A DNA stretch of 64,000 nucleotides, taken from Gemmatimonadota bacterium. GTDB taxonomy: Bacteria; JBHIER01; G020348925. Positions 58,953 to 64,000 of the stretch are shown here, in pieces. A program made the position numbers and the translations under genes. Location of the stretch: NCBI GenBank assembly GCA_020348925.1, contig CP070758.1, forward strand, positions 3,487,688 to 3,551,687, written 5' to 3'. Numbering within the stretch: position 1 is the stretch's first letter; each line of letters opens with the position of its first letter. The notes beneath the pieces are model-generated. The model searched no databases. It was given only the letters and a program-made list of their open reading frames with translations, and had not been told where the DNA came from.

Positions 58953-60032
58953 TTAGGTACGGAACATTCTGGCCAGATCTGCTGTGTTTTTCGGCGTCCA
59001 ACCAAATACCTTGCGCCACACATCAGTGCTTTCCATACAAAGGTAGATGAAAACATTTCGATTGTGGGATCGGATCTGCGAAAGGACTTTCGAGTACATC
59101 CCAACCCTGATGGGTTTGAGATAGCGCATTTTTCCATCCTGACCAGGGATAAATTCCTCATCAATGATCTTGCTCCGTGGGCATCGCTCCCGAATGATGG
59201 GTTTTAAACTTGGCGGGTAACGAAAGGTGCCGAGGCTGATCCAAACAATGTTTTGAGGATCGATATATTCGAATAACGATTCTACGACACTTTCATAACC
59301 TTCTTCCCAATCAGGAGAGTAGATTATTGGATCGAAGTGAAAAGCCAGTTTATATCCGGCTTCCTGACATTGTCGGGCAGCCTGTAACCGCTCTTCAAGG
59401 GATGCACACCCCATTTCCTCTTTGTCAATAATAGTCTGTGGATTAACCGACCAGGCTACCACCGTTTTACCACCATGATTTAAATCTAAGAGATTGTTGA
59501 TCTGATTCGATTTCGTCTTGAGTTCAAACAGGACATTGCTTTTTTTAGAAAAATAGGGTATGAAAAGTCTGCTCATTTCAGTAATATGGTCAAGCTCAAG
59601 ACTGTCCGTCAGCTCTCCGGTACCAATGCGCAGAGGCCATCCCGATTTTCTTTGAAGCCTTTCATCCATCTCTCGCATCAGATCGTTTATGTTGGCATAC
59701 ATAGTGATCAAGGGATTGTTGAAATACATCTGGAGGGCACAATAGGTACAGTCGAGTGGGCAACCGATGACAGGACTTAAAATCTGATAGTGACAGCAAA
59801 TAACCTTTGGAGTTCCGGGGCAGGGTTTGAGCATCCGACCTTTATAGCTGGTAATGAGGAGATGCTTTTTCCCCTGACCGATGGGATCGGGCTTGGAAAG
59901 AATTTCGTCGGTGGCAAGACGAGGATCATCGATGAACTCTATCGGTACGCCGGCAAGATTGTTGAGAATGGTTTCAGTAAAAGAGGCATTTTCGACCTCA
60001 ACGTCAATGTAGATTTTTTTTGGTTTGAACAT
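58953..60032 (-). CDS. Spore photoproduct lyase-like radical SAM protein
   Basis: CPGT...CC, GCPLDCTYCAL, GTGELTDSL, ELKTKS, HFDPI, YLCME. Confidence 0.85.
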   Translation of the reverse strand: MFKPKKIYIDVEVENASFTETILNNLAGVPIEFIDDPRLATDEILSKPDPIGQGKKHLLITSYKGRMLKPCPGTPKVICCHYQILSPVIGCPLDCTYCALQMYFNNPLITMYANINDLMREMDERLQRKSGWPLRIGTGELTDSLELDHITEMSRLFIPYFSKKSNVLFELKTKSNQINNLLDLNHGGKTVVAWSVNPQTIIDKEEMGCASLEERLQAARQCQEAGYKLAFHFDPIIYSPDWEEGYESVVESLFEYIDPQNIVWISLGTFRYPPSLKPIIRERCPRSKIIDEEFIPGQDGKMRYLKPIRVGMYSKVLSQIRSHNRNVFIYLCMESTDVWRKVFGWTPKNTADLARMFRT

Positions 60033-60046
60033 TTCTTTGGAAGGCT

Positions 60047-61012
60047 TTAGAGCATTTCTAAAATGGTTTCAAGCTCCTTTTGTCTGGAAAGAGCGGTAAG
60101 TTTGATGATAATCTCTCTTAATTCTTCCTCGTTTTTAAATGAAAAATCAACCTTCAATTTTTCTCCCTCAAGAAAGGGAGGAATTGAGAGGGATAGTTCC
60201 GGCGGTAGCTTCAACTGTCTCAGGTTGTTCTGTATTTTTTTCTCCAATGCAGCCAAGGCAGGAAACCGTTTTTCTTTGAGACGTTTTCTGATTGTTTCGA
60301 TCTTCTGAGGTGTCGGCATATTTTGATCCGCGAGTATTGTTTTCATTTCACTATCGATGATTTGGCTGGCCACAATCTCATCTCGGTGGCGGATTTCGTC
60401 AATATGTGTGAGAAACTCCTTGAGTTTGTTCGTGCCTAACCTGAGTGGAATAATGAGATCAAAGAGGTTCTTCTGATCCTCCCTTGAGAAGCTTGAAAAA
60501 AGAGCCGCATTACTGAGAGCGACATTATTTTCGACAATATACGCTTTGAGGTGATCGTCCAATTCCCAGAGTCGCATAACGTTTTGAAAAATTTTTTTAC
60601 CGGGTTCGAGATCTAAGAGAGGCATGATATCGGTGATGAGAGTCGCTTCTTCCATATGACCGATCTCACTCAATTTCCGCAGGCACAATGATTTCTCAAT
60701 GAGATTCATGGCACGACTTGTCACTGTTTGATGCAGGCTGAGTAAAAGGGCCTTTGCATCGGAGAGTTCGTCAGAGCTGTAGATAATACTATCAATCTGC
60801 TTCATGTTGAGGTCGATACAACTTTGTACTCTCTGAAATCCGGAGATGATCTGACAGTATTCTGTTGAATTTATCGTTCGAAGGATGATCGGATGGATAA
60901 GTCCAATAGCATGTATCGACTCGGTCAATCGCTTACGATGAGGCATATACGAAATTCGGAACCGATCGTTCCGAAGATCAATTTCGACAATTGGTACCTT
61001 TTTGTAGATCAT
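60047..61012 (-). CDS. ParB/Srx N-terminal domain protein
   Basis: LTESI..IGLIHPI..IISGFQRV. ATGA overlap with the GT2 stop. Confidence 0.75.
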   Translation of the reverse strand: MIYKKVPIVEIDLRNDRFRISYMPHRKRLTESIHAIGLIHPIILRTINSTEYCQIISGFQRVQSCIDLNMKQIDSIIYSSDELSDAKALLLSLHQTVTSRAMNLIEKSLCLRKLSEIGHMEEATLITDIMPLLDLEPGKKIFQNVMRLWELDDHLKAYIVENNVALSNAALFSSFSREDQKNLFDLIIPLRLGTNKLKEFLTHIDEIRHRDEIVASQIIDSEMKTILADQNMPTPQKIETIRKRLKEKRFPALAALEKKIQNNLRQLKLPPELSLSIPPFLEGEKLKVDFSFKNEEELREIIIKLTALSRQKELETILEML

Positions 61013-61842
61013 CTCAGGAACCTCTCATAATGTTCTTTCTTTCGTCTGTATATGTTCCATTCTTTCGTTTTTCCTCTCTTCTCATATCCTTGGGCCAGAA
61101 TCTCGCACCTCCGGACGATATCTCGAATGACGAGACCTCTTTGATCATCGGTCAAATTGGGATGCTTCAAAATATTTTCCAAGGCTGTAATTCTGAATCT
61201 GTCCATTCCCCAGTACTTTTGAGATAACTGATCGGGATGTCCGCCGCGTTTGATAATGAGAGGCTCAGGAATGAAATGGATGGGTGTCACCAGGGATGCT
61301 CTGAGCCATAAGTCGTAGTCTTCGCATGCTGGTAATTGTTCGTCAAAGAGCCCAACCTGAGCAAAAAGATTTCTCCTTATCAGTGCCGAGGAGAGACTGA
61401 TAATACAGAGGGGAATGCAGTACTGAAATATCCAGCCCGTGTATTTGCGATGATACTTTTTCGGGTTGACTCGAACCCCTTTTCGGATCCAAACCTCGTC
61501 TGTATAGCATATCTCGGCTTCATCAATCTGCTCAAAGATTTCCATCTGTTTTTCAAGTTTGCGCCTCGTCCAGAGATCATCCGAATCCAGGAAAGCAATA
61601 AATTCTCCCTGGGCAATACGCAACCCTGTGTTTCGAGTTTTGCTGATGCCAGCGTTCTCCTGATAGTGATAGTTGAGCCGACCTTGATAGGGTTTCAGTA
61701 TATCCCTGGTGTCATCGTCAGAACCATCGTCGATCAGAATAAGCTCAAAATCCTGATAGCTTTGATGGAGCACCGAATCAATCGCTTCAGGTAAAAAGGC
61801 GGCTCTGTTGTATGTCGGTATGATAACACTCACTTTCGGCAT
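61009..61842 (-). CDS. Glycosyltransferase family 2
   Basis: VSVIIPTYNR, DDGSDD, FLDSDD, CEDYDLWLR. Confidence 0.93.
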   Translation of the reverse strand: MPKVSVIIPTYNRAAFLPEAIDSVLHQSYQDFELILIDDGSDDDTRDILKPYQGRLNYHYQENAGISKTRNTGLRIAQGEFIAFLDSDDLWTRRKLEKQMEIFEQIDEAEICYTDEVWIRKGVRVNPKKYHRKYTGWIFQYCIPLCIISLSSALIRRNLFAQVGLFDEQLPACEDYDLWLRASLVTPIHFIPEPLIIKRGGHPDQLSQKYWGMDRFRITALENILKHPNLTDDQRGLVIRDIVRRCEILAQGYEKRGKTKEWNIYRRKKEHYERFLR

Positions 61843-61888
61843 AAAGATCAATATGTTCCTTACGTAAGAGACGTCGTAATAAAGCGAT

Positions 61889-62584
61889 CTATATATTCGT
61901 ACCAGGGTGTCCCCTCAAAACCCGCTTCATAATTTCTATAGTCACGAGAGCGACATTTTTAGAAGCGGAATCAACATTTTTTTTGAAATCAGTGAGCGCG
62001 TGCTCATCAGCACGGTCGGATATGCCTTTTATAACGATCCAGGGGATATTGTGCAATTGACAGATCCTGGCCACTCCTGCTCCTTCCTGCTCCACACACT
62101 CTCCTTGAAAGCGTTTCCACAATGCTTCCCTTTCATGTACTTCTTTTACAACACGATCCCCACTGAGAACGTCGCCAGCGACAGTTTTTCGCTTTTGCAT
62201 TGTTTCATTTGAAACCTGAAGGGCATAATGAAACAAATTTGCATCTGCGTAATACACTTTATCTTTCAAATTGTTATCATCGATGGTATCGTATTCGATG
62301 ACTCGCCTTGAAATAACAACATCACCTATCTTGCGTTCCGGGGATATCGCGCCTGCAACACCACAGTTCACAATAATGCCGGGGTGAAACCGTTCGATCA
62401 AGAGCCTCGCTCCTTCAGCCCCCTGCACTTTTCCTGAACCCGTTTTCGCTACCATAACATCCTCATCACCGTATCGAAGGAGGAAGAAAACATACGTCTT
62501 GATTGACTCTCTTCTGATCTCTTCAAGTTTCGAGCGCAGTGGTTTCGTCTCTTTTCCGAAGGCAGAAACGATTCCGATCCTCAT
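61889..62584 (-). CDS. mtnN: 5'-methylthioadenosine/SAH nucleosidase
   Basis: GSGKV, NCGVAG, SGD, VEQEGA, KGISDRAD. Confidence 0.8.
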   Translation of the reverse strand: MRIGIVSAFGKETKPLRSKLEEIRRESIKTYVFFLLRYGDEDVMVAKTGSGKVQGAEGARLLIERFHPGIIVNCGVAGAISPERKIGDVVISRRVIEYDTIDDNNLKDKVYYADANLFHYALQVSNETMQKRKTVAGDVLSGDRVVKEVHEREALWKRFQGECVEQEGAGVARICQLHNIPWIVIKGISDRADEHALTDFKKNVDSASKNVALVTIEIMKRVLRGHPGTNI

Positions 62585-62690
62585 GAGTGTTCCTCGTTTT
62601 TTCAAATCCTCTGTTTTATTTTGAGGATATGGAAAAGCCCCGCAGTGATTTCCGCAGGGCTTACTATGTTAGGTCACTTTCTCTAGAGTT

Positions 62691-62819
62691 CTATCTTTTT
62701 TTAAAGACAATGGCAAAGAGCAGGAATATGATAGTTACAATCCATAGTGGGTGGATGAGGAATCCTAAAGCAAATGTGGTGACGGCAAAAAAAACACAGA
62801 TAATCGTTAGACAACCCAA
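62691..62819 (-). CDS. Small two-TM membrane protein (42 aa), or read-through tail of the upstream gene
   Basis: TTG-GCLTIICVFFAVTTFALGFLIHPLWIVTIIFLLFAIVFKKR*, in frame with the TAG of 62844..63992. Followed by a hairpin at 62633-62662. Confidence 0.5.
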   Translation of the reverse strand: MGCLTIICVFFAVTTFALGFLIHPLWIVTIIFLLFAIVFKKR

Positions 62820-62843
62820 AACAGAATGTGCCTTGTCTTGATG

Positions 62844-63992
62844 CTACATGTATTTCCCTAAGATTTTCGCTACATTGAGATCGAACTCTCCGATGATCTG
62901 AGTCTCTTTTCGACTCCTGTTGGGATCATTTTCATTGATCCATTGGTAGAATCGCATATGACCCATGAGTGTCGCTTCTTGCGCAATGGGCAGAAAGAGC
63001 TTCTGCAGCTCGTTCTGGGTTATAATTTTTATTTTTCCACTCTTGACAGGCAAAAAGAAATCATTTTCCTCGATGACGATACGCCCGGTGAGCTGAGCAT
63101 CCTTTTTCTCTTGACCCTCTTCGAAGTAGTTTCTGAAACGATCGACCTTGTTGTATTCCAGCGTCATCGGATCGACGATATTTGCTGCGTAATCTTCAAC
63201 GCCCGCAGAATCCGGATTGAGGAAGGTCACAGGCTCCTCGCCACTGCCAACAAACTGCTTTTCATCAGGGTACCAGATACCTCCGGTATTTGTAATATTT
63301 CCAACAATTAAGATCGTATCGGGTGCAGAGGCGACAAGGGTGTACTTTTTCGTTTCAGTAATGATGGAATCGAGGGGGAAACTGAGAAAAAATTTGTTCG
63401 TTGCGGGGTGGAGCCAGGCGTCAAAACCAGAAATGCTCGAATATTCCTGATACCATTCACCTTTGAGCTGGTCAATTGTGACAGGTACGTAGGTATCCAT
63501 ATTCCGTTGGTGAGTGGCCAGACCTGCATAGCCGACACCTACAATCAAGGCCAACAGGACTGGGATAATGTATTCCCATAGCCACAAGCCTTTATCTCTC
63601 TTTTTCTTATCACCAATCAGCACGGTTGTTGCGGCTGCCACTTTACCGTAATCGGTTTCTTCGACCTCCTCGTGAAATTCCAGCGGAAACGCAAGGGCTC
63701 GGACAATGCCGTAGCCGGCGATTTTTTTGCCAACTCCGGCGTCAGTAATGAGCGTATCCAGTGCGGAATTCTCCGCATCATTTTCAGTATCCAAAGAGAA
63801 TGTGGCTTTGAGTTGAGCGTCGTCGAGTTTATATGTGATGCCCAAGCCATCAAGGTACTCCTTGGCGGCGTCTTCGCACCCTGCGACATCCAGTGTGAGT
63901 TTGTGGTTTGTCTTGTCAGTCTTGCGCTCAATCAGGGTGGGTACTTTCCGGTCATTTACATCCATTTTGACCCTCCCGACTTTGTTGGTCAC
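62844..63992 (-). CDS. Hypothetical single-TM membrane protein (probably 5'-partial at window edge)
   Basis: 382-aa open frame with TM segment YIIPVLLALIVGVGYAGL. No family recognised. Confidence 0.7.
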   Translation of the reverse strand: MTNKVGRVKMDVNDRKVPTLIERKTDKTNHKLTLDVAGCEDAAKEYLDGLGITYKLDDAQLKATFSLDTENDAENSALDTLITDAGVGKKIAGYGIVRALAFPLEFHEEVEETDYGKVAAATTVLIGDKKKRDKGLWLWEYIIPVLLALIVGVGYAGLATHQRNMDTYVPVTIDQLKGEWYQEYSSISGFDAWLHPATNKFFLSFPLDSIITETKKYTLVASAPDTILIVGNITNTGGIWYPDEKQFVGSGEEPVTFLNPDSAGVEDYAANIVDPMTLEYNKVDRFRNYFEEGQEKKDAQLTGRIVIEENDFFLPVKSGKIKIITQNELQKLFLPIAQEATLMGHMRFYQWINENDPNRSRKETQIIGEFDLNVAKILGKYM

Positions 63993-64000
63993 GTGGAATA

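Overview
Bacterial scaffold window with one 100-N gap (50050-50149). Eight genes end in an N(Y/H/S)PNPFNP...(K/R)M(V/I)L(M/L)(K/R) T9SS/FlgD-Ig-type sorting tail, which suggests an FCB-group lineage such as KSB1/Calditrichota/Zixibacteria (inference). The left part holds housekeeping and nitrogen genes: PAS histidine kinase, DHH phosphoesterase, site-2 protease, amrS, IS110 remnant, agmatinase, stand-alone GMP synthase subunit B, glnA, two NSS transporters and vapBC. The middle (about 20.5-50.4 kb, all minus strand) is a secreted-protein island with S8 and M14 peptidases, cohesin/dockerin and PKD proteins, and a frameshifted glycoamylase-like gene. The right part holds BlaI plus M56-HEAT, DUF4097, a YncE-like propeller, DDAH, OsmC, a thioesterase and an mtnN-GT2-ParB-SplB-like operon. 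The main find is a tandem array of five mosaic DUF1566 (Lcl C-terminal, C-type-lectin-fold) genes at 22.3-28.3 kb. Four of their 3' ends show a DGR-type codon pattern (codon positions 1-2 vary, position 3 stays C/T). Two genes are followed by unannotated truncated avd gene starts (MARYEHLPIF.., MPRYEHLPIY..). The array is bracketed by 62-bp direct repeats derived from a four-helix-bundle element. No reverse transcriptase or template repeat was found in the window, so this looks like a shuffled library of captured or remote DGR target domains.
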